Shown one piece after another: positions 55,221-63,596 of a DNA stretch of 64,000 nt. Made by a program: the position numbers and the translations under genes. Position 1 is the first letter of the stretch, and each line of letters starts with the position of its first letter. Under the pieces are notes generated by a model, which was not told the DNA's origin, did not search any database, and saw only the letters and a program-made list of their open reading frames with translations. Source of the stretch: a virus; IMG/VR virus record IMGVR_UViG_3300045391_004297, positions 13,037 to 77,036 of that record; one strand, written 5' to 3'.

Positions 55221-55293
55221 TGAGCGAAGTGGGACTTGAACCCACGACCGAGGAATTATGAGTTCCCTGCTCTACCTGCTGAGCTATTCGCCC
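55221..55293 (-). tRNA. tRNA-Met/Ile2(CAU)
   Basis: cloverleaf, loop CTCATAA. Confidence 0.9.
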
Positions 55294-55434
55294 TATCTTG
55301 TTTGCACTATATCTGGGTCACTGCAACCACAATCACCCAAATCTGCGCCGAAATCAAGGATAATAATGGCGGCGAGAATGACGGTGATGACGCGTTGCCA
55401 CCAGTTCATGCGCTGGAATGTTTGACCAATCACG

Positions 55435-55506
55435 TGACCCACCTCGGACTCGAACCGAGAACTCCCGACTTAAGAGGACGGTACTCTACCATTGAGTTAG
55501 CGGGTC
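55435..55506 (-). tRNA. tRNA-Lys(CUU)
   Basis: cloverleaf, loop CTCTTAA, T.T mismatch in anticodon stem. Confidence 0.88.
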
Positions 55507-55765
55507 GAAGCCGGTAGTCCCGAAAGGGAAATGGCTACGGGGGGAGCCCATCAGCTCCGGGACTACCGGGGTAACACGGCGACTGTCGCTGCTGATTCAT
55601 GAGCGGAGCAACGAGAAAACTGCGCCTGCCGTAGATCTCCAAGGAAGTTCGATAGAACAACAAACGGCAACACAACACGACAATCGCCAGCTTACCCCAA
55701 CAGTAGGACACCCCTGGAAGAGAACGAAACGTCGGCATCGTGCTCAAATGCCTACTGTTGGGTAG

Positions 55766-55839
55766 TACCCAAGGTGGGAGTCGAACCCACAAACACCAGA
55801 TTTTGAATCTAGCGGCTTTGCCAGTTTGCCTACTCGGGT
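55766..55839 (-). tRNA. tRNA-Leu(CAA), short variable region
   Basis: loop TTCAAAA; Leu-type D arm; variable region TGTTT. Confidence 0.85.
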
Positions 55840-55993
55840 AGGGCGGTACTGAGCATCGGCAAGGGAATGGGACGCAGGACCGTATTAACCGACCAATCGA
55901 ACTGAACGACCGAATTCTGCTGCGACTCACATTCGATCAAGTTCGCTCAATTGTTTGCTCAGTACCTCTGGGCGTTCCTAGAATTGCCCATTG

Positions 55994-56065
55994 TGCCCTC
56001 GGGAGGAATCGAACCTCCATCTCAGATTCCGTAGATCTGCGTCGTGTCCATTGGACCACGAAGGC
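55994..56065 (-). tRNA. tRNA-Arg(ACG)
   Basis: cloverleaf, loop CTACGGA. Confidence 0.9.
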
Positions 56066-56184
56066 TTGGCGGGAGCCGGGCCGTATCCTGACCCGGCCCC
56101 CTGTAGGTGAAGTAAGCAAAATCGGTGTTCAAGACCGATGCTGTATTTGCAGTACAGCTGCTTCAGCCCACCCCATGAGAAAAA

Positions 56185-56335
56185 TTTGAGATCTACACCA
56201 GCGGCGTTTAACCAACATGCTCAATCATAATACCTGGCGGATTTCCGCTATCCCACCCCGCCATGAAGAGGCGAGGGCCAGATTTGAACTGGCGTTTCCA
56301 GAGTGTGTGGCTGTTGGACTCGACCTGGTGCTGGG
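56185..56335 (-). ncRNA. YrlA-like circularly permuted tRNA mimic, copy B (ends approximate)
   Basis: order T arm, 3' acceptor CCTCGCC, loop TCTTCAT, 5' acceptor GGCGGGG, D arm GGAT/ATCC; CCAGG/TCTGG closing stem. Confidence 0.75.
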
Positions 56336-56369
56336 GCTTTTTGTGGGATTCAGTCTCGGGCAAGAGTCT

Positions 56370-56505
56370 GAGACTGAGTGGGATGCCTAGCTGCAAGCCA
56401 CTGCACCCCGGCATGAAGAGCCGGGGGGAAGAGTCGAACTTCCGACGGCTAGGATAATGGTCCCAGTTGACGATGATTTCGGGTGAACCCCTACTTTACT
56501 CAGTT
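56370..56505 (-). ncRNA. YrlA-like circularly permuted tRNA mimic, copy A (ends approximate)
   Basis: T arm GGAAG/CTTCC, CCCCGGC-TCTTCAT-GCCGGGG, D arm GCAG/TTGC, GCTAGG/CCTAGC closing stem. Confidence 0.75.
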
Positions 56506-56710
56506 TGAGTTTGTGCCCTCTCCCGAGGGAGTTTAGGTGGTGGGTGAGGTAGTACAAATCAGTCTACCATTGGTCTCTTACGAGACGGCCTCAGTTACCC
56601 CTGGCGACAAATCCAGGCCCACCCAAGTTTGTGGCGGCAGTGCTACCAGCTCAACACTCTATCTTGTACACCGGTTCGGCACTTTTATCTAGTGTTAGGC
56701 CACCAAAAAA

Positions 56711-57445
56711 CTACTCGCCGAGCAAGTAGTCGAAGATCGCCTTGCCGACCGGAACCTCGACCACATCGGTCTGGTTGGCCTGCTCCCGAGCGTACTTCAC
56801 GGCCTTGCCCAGCTTCTCCACCTTCTCGCGAAGCCGGTTGATGCGCTGCTGCGACACCGCGCCGGAGTACTTCACCGTGGACCAGGTACCGACGATCACG
56901 TCCTCGAAGTACATCTCCACCTGCGCCGGATGCCGATCGGTTGCCTCGGCCTTGACGTGGTTTCGCGGAACCTTCTTGGTTCGGGTGGTCTTGATCGGAT
57001 CGGTGGCGTACGCGGCGGTTGTCTCGTCGTAGTGCCAGTCCTCGGTCGGGTCAAGCACCGGAATGGCCTTGATGATCGCGGCCAAGTCGTTGATCTGCTT
57101 TTCCAGGAACAGCAGGTACGTGACCGGCGCATTCTTGACCAGTGTGGTGCCGTCAACCACCACATCGGCAAGTGCCCGAGTGTTGGTGGCGTCCTTGGCG
57201 AAGGTCACATCGAAGAGCTTGACCATTTCGTTACGGACGTCGTTGAGCACGTCTTCGGCGCGAACCTGCAACTTCGTGGATTCGGCCGGGAGCTGATCGC
57301 CGTCGTCATCCTTGGGCGTGTAGTTGCGCGAGATGCCCGCAAGAGGCTCCTTCTTCTGGAGCGTCTTGTAGAACTTGTTGGTCTCGGTGTAGGTGGACGT
57401 CTTGACGCCCTTCTCTACGGCCAAGATCTGGTTGAGCTTTGGCAT
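56711..57445 (-). CDS. conserved hypothetical protein (KLNQI.AVEKG family)
   Basis: recognisable widespread bacterial family; HVKAEATDRHPAQVE motif. Confidence 0.85.
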   Translation of the reverse strand: MPKLNQILAVEKGVKTSTYTETNKFYKTLQKKEPLAGISRNYTPKDDDGDQLPAESTKLQVRAEDVLNDVRNEMVKLFDVTFAKDATNTRALADVVVDGTTLVKNAPVTYLLFLEKQINDLAAIIKAIPVLDPTEDWHYDETTAAYATDPIKTTRTKKVPRNHVKAEATDRHPAQVEMYFEDVIVGTWSTVKYSGAVSQQRINRLREKVEKLGKAVKYAREQANQTDVVEVPVGKAIFDYLLGE

Positions 57446-57549
57446 TTTGAGGTTTATCCCTTGTTAGTTTGAATGGTGCAAAGAGCATGGGCATGACGAT
57501 ACTATGGAGTTCCGTCGACTGACTTTTGCTTAAGTAGATCATGCCCAAG

Positions 57550-57621
57550 TGGCGGGGCTGGGAGTCGAACCCAGATCGTACGGCTTATGAGGCCGCCAGC
57601 ATACCATTAGCCCACCCCGCA
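57550..57621 (-). tRNA. tRNA-Met(CAU), fMet-like
   Basis: loop CTCATAA; unpaired 1:72 (T.C) but lacks three consecutive G-C pairs. Confidence 0.8.
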
Positions 57622-57757
57622 GTGAACCCTAATCCCGTGCACAAGACTAGGGTCAGAGGTAGCAGTTTTCTGGGTAACCCACTACATAAACCCTTCGGAC
57701 CAACTATCCCGCCTATTTCCGAGTACCCCGGATGCGTCATCAAGTTGGTCAGGAAGT

Positions 57758-58417
57758 CTAATACCGGATGTCTTTCCGGAGTTGGTCGTTCTCATAGATC
57801 AATTCAAGCATCAACTTGCGGGTGTTAATCCCGCGCTTGCGGTACCGGTTGCATGTCCTGCACAGGATCTGCACCTTGTGCATGTGCTTGCGGAAGTTTT
57901 TGTAGGTGTAGTCAAGCACGCTACGGGCTTCTTTGATCTCGGTGACGAAGTCTTCCTTCACCGACAAGTACATCTTATCGGTGTCGTCAAGTGGATTTGG
58001 TACGTGTCCACACCACTCGCACTTGCCACCTCGATCTTCCAACACTTCCGATTTGCGTTGCTGGCGGCGTAGGAAGTTCGCTTGCTTAGCATACTCTAAC
58101 CGACACGGCTGACACTGACCTTTGTAGTAGGGCAGTCGTTTGTTGCAATCGTAACAAAGTTTGACCGGCTCGTTGTTCATCAGCACGAAGGTGCCGTCTT
58201 CGTTTTCTACCCGAGGAAGACCAGTTGCGTCTGATTCGTTGCTCTTGAATTCGATGCGCCGCTTGTACCAGAACTTCTTGGGCTGTTCCTGCTTCGGCCG
58301 GTCTTCGATTTCTTGGAGCAATTCCAGCATCGCGTCGTAGTCTTCGCGAACTTCCGGGTGGTTGTGCATGGGATTGAAGTAAGGGGTGCCGTCCGCTTCG
58401 TTAACCACTTCAGGCAC
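57758..58417 (-). CDS. Zn-finger / degenerate HNH-like protein
   Basis: CYDC..CQPC, RGGKCEWCG...ILCRTCN. Confidence 0.6.
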   Translation of the reverse strand: MPEVVNEADGTPYFNPMHNHPEVREDYDAMLELLQEIEDRPKQEQPKKFWYKRRIEFKSNESDATGLPRVENEDGTFVLMNNEPVKLCYDCNKRLPYYKGQCQPCRLEYAKQANFLRRQQRKSEVLEDRGGKCEWCGHVPNPLDDTDKMYLSVKEDFVTEIKEARSVLDYTYKNFRKHMHKVQILCRTCNRYRKRGINTRKLMLELIYENDQLRKDIRY

Positions 58418-58726
58418 CCCCTACAACTATGCACAGCCTTCGGGTATTACTCCCGGCTCTGTGCGGCTAGCTTCGGCACAACGGTGAGGTCTCCTCTGTC
58501 AAGCTACCACCCGCTGTGCTATAGACACCAGCACCGAAGTGCTGACAGAACGGTGTCTCTGGTTCCACCCTTTCGGCGTGGTCAGGGGGACAAACCTAAC
58601 CACATTGCCGGGCGCAGGGGCAACCATGAAGCCCTACCCGCTTAAGTGGCCGTCTTCTCATGACACTCGCGACGGCCAGGCGAGCTGGTACCGTATGACC
58701 AAACCGGAAAAACGCCATACGAGTCA

Positions 58727-59086
58727 CTACCAGTAGTAGTATTTGGAACGGTTCCGAGCCTGGTAGTTAGCAATCTCCAAGTCGGTGTCACCGTTAGCAG
58801 TGTAGTCCTTGACAATCAACCGTCCACGATCACGCACCCTCACTCGTTCCGGGTTGTGCCAGGTGTGGTCGATGTACCATTTCGGTGGCGCCATTTCCCA
58901 GAAGTGTCGCTCATCGACAGCATGCCAGTAGCAGGAAGTAAATCGGCGACGGTAGTGGGCTTGTCCCTTGAACAGTTCACCGGGCAACGTGCAGGGCTTG
59001 CGCCCAACACTGCAACTCCAGTGATGGACTGGACGGTAGTTATCAGACCGCATCCAGTAGGGCAGGTCTTTGTCGGTTCTCGACAT
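58727..59086 (-). CDS. hypothetical protein
   Basis: GAGGA RBS; MSRT start, His/Cys/Trp-rich. Confidence 0.65.
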   Translation of the reverse strand: MSRTDKDLPYWMRSDNYRPVHHWSCSVGRKPCTLPGELFKGQAHYRRRFTSCYWHAVDERHFWEMAPPKWYIDHTWHNPERVRVRDRGRLIVKDYTANGDTDLEIANYQARNRSKYYYW

Positions 59087-59139
59087 GACGTAAGTTCCTC
59101 TCTCGGAAACCTATGTCATGGCAATCACCTCTTTCGTCA

Positions 59140-59465
59140 CGTCGGGTAAGGCGGGATTCGTGTCTCTGGCTGGGTCGGAAAGTCAAAAAGGCAGTCGCCG
59201 TTGTCCGCTTTTGTTCGACTGCAAAAGAGCCGTCATGGTTTTGGGACGACTCGAATAAATCAAGATTCAGTAAACCATTCAGTTCTCAAGAAACCGCGAC
59301 TTTCGGTAAGAGATGGTCCCTGCATCGCGCGGGGAGTCCCTGACCCGTCGTGCTAGTACCCACCCTAGCTCGGCTGACGAAGGTCGTCAACCCTGTTGAT
59401 CGAGTGGATCGATCGTGTCTGGTATGTCCGTTTTGTCTGAGTCATCGGGGGTGGGCACAGTCAAT
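59140..59465 (-). repeat. non-coding block related to periodic arrays (array 5)
   Basis: minus strand C-rich TGACT units; 16-nt GCCTTTTTGACTTTCC identical to 1712-1727; periodicity weaker. Confidence 0.55.
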
Positions 59466-59467
59466 AT

Positions 59468-59755
59468 TTACTTGCAGTGCTCGTCGTTAGGCACAACAAA
59501 TACCGATGACGATGTGGTCACGTCAGTGTTAGCACCACGCGATGTTACGTATACGCCATTGTGACCGTAACAGGTGAACTCCACGTTTCGGAATCCGTTT
59601 GACATCCGAATAACTTGCGTGCGGGTGCCATCCACGACACTAGAGCTGGTCGGCTCAGGTGCGTCTGTATGAGTCTGCCCGCATGCGGCGATTGACGCAA
59701 TTGCGCACAGCCCAACGATGGCCGCCGCAATGCGGCCCTTGTATTGATAAATCAT
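59468..59755 (-). CDS. lipoprotein
   Basis: signal peptide with IAAC lipobox. Confidence 0.75.
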   Translation of the reverse strand: MIYQYKGRIAAAIVGLCAIASIAACGQTHTDAPEPTSSSVVDGTRTQVIRMSNGFRNVEFTCYGHNGVYVTSRGANTDVTTSSSVFVVPNDEHCK

Positions 59756-59982
59756 GAGACATCTTCCTGCCAGGTTAAGTTTCCATCGACTCGTTTACAG
59801 ATGTATTTCACCTTGAACCCAAGTGCGCTCTTGGTGACTTTCTGGCCTTCGGTGGCGCACGGTTGTCCAGGTTCCACTCGTGGTTGATTCGGGTCACTTG
59901 GTGGTGGTGCTTCATCCTTTGCCGGATTTTTGCACCCAACCAAACTTAGCAGAAGTGCCATAACGGCCAGGAACCTGCGCAT
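59752..59982 (-). CDS. lipoprotein
   Basis: LVGC lipobox. Confidence 0.75.
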   Translation of the reverse strand: MRRFLAVMALLLSLVGCKNPAKDEAPPPSDPNQPRVEPGQPCATEGQKVTKSALGFKVKYICKRVDGNLTWQEDVS

Positions 59983-59991
59983 CGTCCATCC

Positions 59992-61038
59992 TTAGGACAC
60001 GAACACCAACAACTTGGTACCAGGCACCAGTCGGCGATTGACCGAGGTGGACTGCACGAACACATCGAAGTCAGGATTGTCGCTCGGCTTGACCCGAGTG
60101 TGCTCATCCCGAAGATTCAACATGTTGCGCGCTTCCGCACCAGCGTAGAACCGACCAGTCTTCTTGTTGCGAATGATGATTTCCTTCTGCGGCTGAATCT
60201 TCTCCGACTTGGAAAGCTGGTAGTAGGCACAACCCTGAACATAGTTGTAGCCCTTGGATTCCACGAAGTCGCGAATGGTCAAAAAGTCATTGTCCTTGAT
60301 CTCGAAGCGCTCGTACTCACCCCGAGGAATGACCTTCAGACCGGCCGCTTTGACCGTTTCCTTGTTGAGCACATCCGGCGCCGTGGAGAACAGGTTCTTC
60401 GTGCCACGCACCCCAGCAGCCCGCTGGTTGTAGTAGTGACTCACCGAAGCGGTGACCACATCTTGAGCCTTGGCCAGCCCTGCTTCGTTGGTCTCCCACA
60501 CGGTGATGTTTTCGGCTGGGAACCCGTAACTTTGCGCGAAGTTTCGGCCACGCTCATCTGGCACCATGACGCCGACGGTCCAGTTTTCCGGCAACGATTC
60601 GAGCTTGTCGCGCAACCTACTGGTGCTGACGTTGAAGCTGCGGTTTTCCTCGCCATCGGTGATGACGTAGAGCAAGAAGGCGTGGTCGCCGTACAGTTGG
60701 GCGGTCTTTTCCAGATCGACGACAGCCTGGTAGGTGGCATCCCGAAGTGCGGTGTTGCCATCGGCGAAATACACGTCTTTGAGCGACGGTAGACGCAACG
60801 CATCCTTGTCGTAGGTTACGTTTTTCACGAAGTCGTTGAACATGTACAGCGAGATGCGGGTTTCCTGGTCCTTCTCGGTGGAGAGTCTGGCCAGGAATGC
60901 CACCAGCTCATCGCCTACCTTGATCACTTGGTTGGTCAGGTGCCTCATGGAAAGCGATCCGTCTACCACGAAACCAACGTGGTTGATGTAGTTAGTTACC
61001 TTCTTCGGGGTCTTCGGTGTACTCAGGCTCGTGCTCAT
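59992..61038 (-). CDS. von Willebrand factor A domain protein
   Basis: MIDAS DGSLS, T.L.DA, VITDGEEN. Confidence 0.85.
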   Translation of the reverse strand: MSTSLSTPKTPKKVTNYINHVGFVVDGSLSMRHLTNQVIKVGDELVAFLARLSTEKDQETRISLYMFNDFVKNVTYDKDALRLPSLKDVYFADGNTALRDATYQAVVDLEKTAQLYGDHAFLLYVITDGEENRSFNVSTSRLRDKLESLPENWTVGVMVPDERGRNFAQSYGFPAENITVWETNEAGLAKAQDVVTASVSHYYNQRAAGVRGTKNLFSTAPDVLNKETVKAAGLKVIPRGEYERFEIKDNDFLTIRDFVESKGYNYVQGCAYYQLSKSEKIQPQKEIIIRNKKTGRFYAGAEARNMLNLRDEHTRVKPSDNPDFDVFVQSTSVNRRLVPGTKLLVFVS

Positions 61039-61279
61039 TTCCCAGGTCTCCGTCTTTGATTCGGCAGTTGGCCAGCAGTGCGTGCACTTCTGCCTGTCGT
61101 TGGTGAAAAAGCATGCTGTCTTGGTGATGCTCATAGATCATGTCAAGGCGCGGAGAGATATCATCCTCTTCGAGGAATGCCTCAACGCGCTCTTTTTGGG
61201 CTCTGTCTAACGTGAGCTTTTCGCGGTTTGCTCGAATCAGATGCAATTCTGCTCGGCGAAAGTGTTCTCTACGAAGCAT
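60992..61279 (-). CDS. hypothetical protein
   Basis: coupled start; QAEVHALLA motif. Confidence 0.45.
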   Translation of the reverse strand: MLRREHFRRAELHLIRANREKLTLDRAQKERVEAFLEEDDISPRLDMIYEHHQDSMLFHQRQAEVHALLANCRIKDGDLGNEHEPEYTEDPEEGN

Positions 61280-61493
61280 TGTCGTTCTTCTCCTTGGCTT
61301 CTTGCCAGGCCAAGTACATGCACTGCACAACAATCCATGGCCAAAGAACGACAATGTAGACAGCGTTGCGTTCGAGTCGTTCCTGACTGGCTACCGGCAG
61401 TTCACGCTTGAATCGATACCTTAAGGCAAAGAAACTCACGAGTCCATCGATTAAGTACATGGATAGCAAGACAAGAAAAGGGTTAGGATGCAT
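61269..61493 (-). CDS. membrane protein
   Basis: two TM helices, VVLWPW. Confidence 0.6.
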   Translation of the reverse strand: MHPNPFLVLLSMYLIDGLVSFFALRYRFKRELPVASQERLERNAVYIVVLWPWIVVQCMYLAWQEAKEKNDNAS

Positions 61494-62025
61494 GGGGTAC
61501 CAGTTTCAGGGTTCCGCTTTCGGGTGGATAACACAGTTCAGGGATGTCCCAGTCCAGTTCCTTCAGTCGATGCAATGCCCGGTCAACCGCAGCCCTACCT
61601 TGACCTGACGGGGGAATGTCGGTAAAGGCGTTGTTCATCGCCTCGGTGAAACCTTTGTCATTGCGAATGAACGGCATGGTGTGGTACAACACCACGGCCA
61701 TCGCCGCTCCAGTGATAGTCCAACGCGCCACAGGAGGCATGGTCTTTTTGTAGTCAGGGTTACCGGGCATTCCGACGTGAATGTGCTGTTCTGGGCAGTG
61801 AATGGTGCAGCCGCGCCGCATCCACTCTTCGATCTTTTTGCCTGGCTGAAGTTCCGGGGAAGTGCCGGTCATTCGGCCAAGCTCACGAATGACCTGGATC
61901 TGTTTGGTTTCTACGGCCAGCACCAACTGGGGAGTGGCCCGTTGCTTGTTTTTCTTGGTGATGATGACGCCCTTCATGTCCAGCACGCCAGCCATCCAGC
62001 CAAGTTGATGGATTGGGATACTCAT
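61483..62025 (-). CDS. degenerate LAGLIDADG-fold protein
   Basis: LGWMAGVLDMKG.I, later W.ITG..M..VL....P.I..K pattern. Confidence 0.6.
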   Translation of the reverse strand: MSIPIHQLGWMAGVLDMKGVIITKKNKQRATPQLVLAVETKQIQVIRELGRMTGTSPELQPGKKIEEWMRRGCTIHCPEQHIHVGMPGNPDYKKTMPPVARWTITGAAMAVVLYHTMPFIRNDKGFTEAMNNAFTDIPPSGQGRAAVDRALHRLKELDWDIPELCYPPESGTLKLVPHAS

Positions 62026-62264
62026 GATTCTTGCTCCGCGTCCTCAACAGTAATGTCTAAGATCGTCCAACTTGTGCCGTCTGGATAACCGTCACTGAGG
62101 TAAATGCCATTGCCTACTTCATCGTTCCAAGCAACTTGCGCCGCGTCCTCATCACTCATGAGAAGAACAACACGTTTCATAGTGGCGCTCCTCGCCATTT
62201 CTTTGGTTCTTTGTGAAACGTCTCGTAGTACCAAGTTCGATACAGTGCGTAGAAGACGCCGCAA
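62022..62264 (-). CDS. hypothetical protein
   Basis: in operon. Confidence 0.5.
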   Translation of the reverse strand: MRRLLRTVSNLVLRDVSQRTKEMARSATMKRVVLLMSDEDAAQVAWNDEVGNGIYLSDGYPDGTSWTILDITVEDAEQES

Positions 62265-62340
62265 CCCACGTGTCTACGGTAGTGATCGTAGGAATCCAGC
62301 GGCTTTTCGTACCATTTCATTTTTCGGTTTTGGTACTTGC

Positions 62341-62682
62341 TCATGCTGCCTTCACCACTGAATTGCGGTGATGGTGCATCATCTTGGTGCGAGCCGAATG
62401 AAAGTCATGCCCAGCGATGGCGAACGGCTTGTGATCTCCGCAGACGGACAGGCCGTTGATCACGTACTTGGCGTAGCCAACACCACCCGGCGCTGGGGGA
62501 TGCTCAGCACACAGAACGCAGTGCAATATTGCCGCTTCGAGCATTCGTGGCTCTTCTAGGTCTTCCTCAATGAGCTTGGCGAGGTAGGCAGAAAGACTCA
62601 TATGCTTTTGTCGAGCCACCTCTTCGGCTACTGCCCAGGTGGAAAGTTCGTCGTCTGGAATGTAGATGTTTTTAGCTGGCAT
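62341..62682 (-). CDS. ribbon-helix-helix + Zn-finger protein
   Basis: KNIYIPDDE..W..AEE.A...MSLSAYL; CVLC, CGDH. Confidence 0.7.
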   Translation of the reverse strand: MPAKNIYIPDDELSTWAVAEEVARQKHMSLSAYLAKLIEEDLEEPRMLEAAILHCVLCAEHPPAPGGVGYAKYVINGLSVCGDHKPFAIAGHDFHSARTKMMHHHRNSVVKAA

Positions 62683-62902
62683 GTCGTTGCCTCCATCGAC
62701 GCAGCATTTGTCCAATTCGAGCACGGGATACCTGGAAAACTTCTGCGGTGTCACTGTCTCGGCGGTGTACTGCCCGAACTTTAGCAACGACCTCGTCTCG
62801 GGCATTGGTGTAGTGAGTTACTTGGCTTTGGGCCCAGTAGATCCGTTTAGTGAGCATGTCATATTCGTTTCTGGCCTGCTCGAAGAACTCTTCGTCGCTC
62901 AT
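62672..62902 (-). CDS. small HTH protein
   Basis: DTAEVFQVSRARIGQM. Confidence 0.65.
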   Translation of the reverse strand: MSDEEFFEQARNEYDMLTKRIYWAQSQVTHYTNARDEVVAKVRAVHRRDSDTAEVFQVSRARIGQMLRRWRQRHAS

Positions 62903-63102
62903 GAAAGATCACCCGGCTTATGCTCAAAGCCGTACTCGGCCTCGTACTCCGATGCGAGCAATCGCATATACGTGGCATGCTCAGTGCAATAATGCACCTC
63001 ATCAAAAACTTCTGTCGCAGGATTGGCACAAGTGACCTTCGTTGGGTGACCAGCCATATGTTGATATTCGAAGTAATCACATTGCATCAAGGCCATCCTC
63101 AT
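62899..63102 (-). CDS. small Cys/His protein
   Basis: C...C.NPA...YC.EH. Confidence 0.55.
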   Translation of the reverse strand: MRMALMQCDYFEYQHMAGHPTKVTCANPATEVFDEVHYCTEHATYMRLLASEYEAEYGFEHKPGDLS

Positions 63103-63304
63103 CTAACGATTTGATGAGTTCGCCATAATGCTCACGGCAATATGCCCCGTACTCAGTGATGAGTATTCCGGGTTGGGGACAGAACAATTCTACGGTCTGA
63201 GTAAACCCGGATACGACAGTCATTTCACCAGTTGATGTCCAACAACATCGAGGTGGTAGAATGGTGCGTTGGTCGTGTCGCTTACCCTTATTGTATTTGG
63301 TCAT
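63077..63304 (-). CDS. small Cys/His protein
   Basis: C...C..PG...YC.EH, similar to neighbour. Confidence 0.55.
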   Translation of the reverse strand: MTKYNKGKRHDQRTILPPRCCWTSTGEMTVVSGFTQTVELFCPQPGILITEYGAYCREHYGELIKSLDEDGLDAM

Positions 63305-63470
63305 CTTGAATTTTCCGACATCTCTTGCAAACCTTACGACGAATCCAGCCCTTGCCGTTTTTCTGGGGCGGCGGTGTGGTAGCCACCGTATACCTGGTGC
63401 CCGGCTCGATGAGCTTCATGCACTTGGAACAGCGGTACCACACCTTCGCCCGATGCACCCGGTAGATCAT
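63288..63470 (-). CDS. small Zn-ribbon protein
   Basis: CSKC..I.PG.RY...C..C. Confidence 0.6.
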   Translation of the reverse strand: MIYRVHRAKVWYRCSKCMKLIEPGTRYTVATTPPPQKNGKGWIRRKVCKRCRKIQDDQIQ

Positions 63471-63595
63471 GAGAGTTTACTCAGCCAGTCCATGACGTAG
63501 CCGAAACCAACAATGGCGGCAACGATCAAGATCATTGCGACAAGTGCTCCGATGATCCCGATCACTTCCCGGAACATCTCTTTCAGCTCTTCCAT
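63467..63595 (-). CDS. tiny membrane protein
   Basis: 42 aa, single TM, coupled. Confidence 0.5.
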   Translation of the reverse strand: MEELKEMFREVIGIIGALVAMILIVAAIVGFGYVMDWLSKLS

Positions 63596-63596
63596 G

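Noticed and set aside
56233-56453. Two-piece tmRNA or ordinary tRNAs with large introns
   Set aside because: No G3.U70 alanine acceptor or tag ORF, D stems are present, and the non-permuted pairing mismatches in acceptor and anticodon stems
59992-61038. vWA protein as the Ro60/Rsr partner of the Y-like RNAs
   Set aside because: The vWA domain is N-terminal and there is no preceding TROVE/HEAT region
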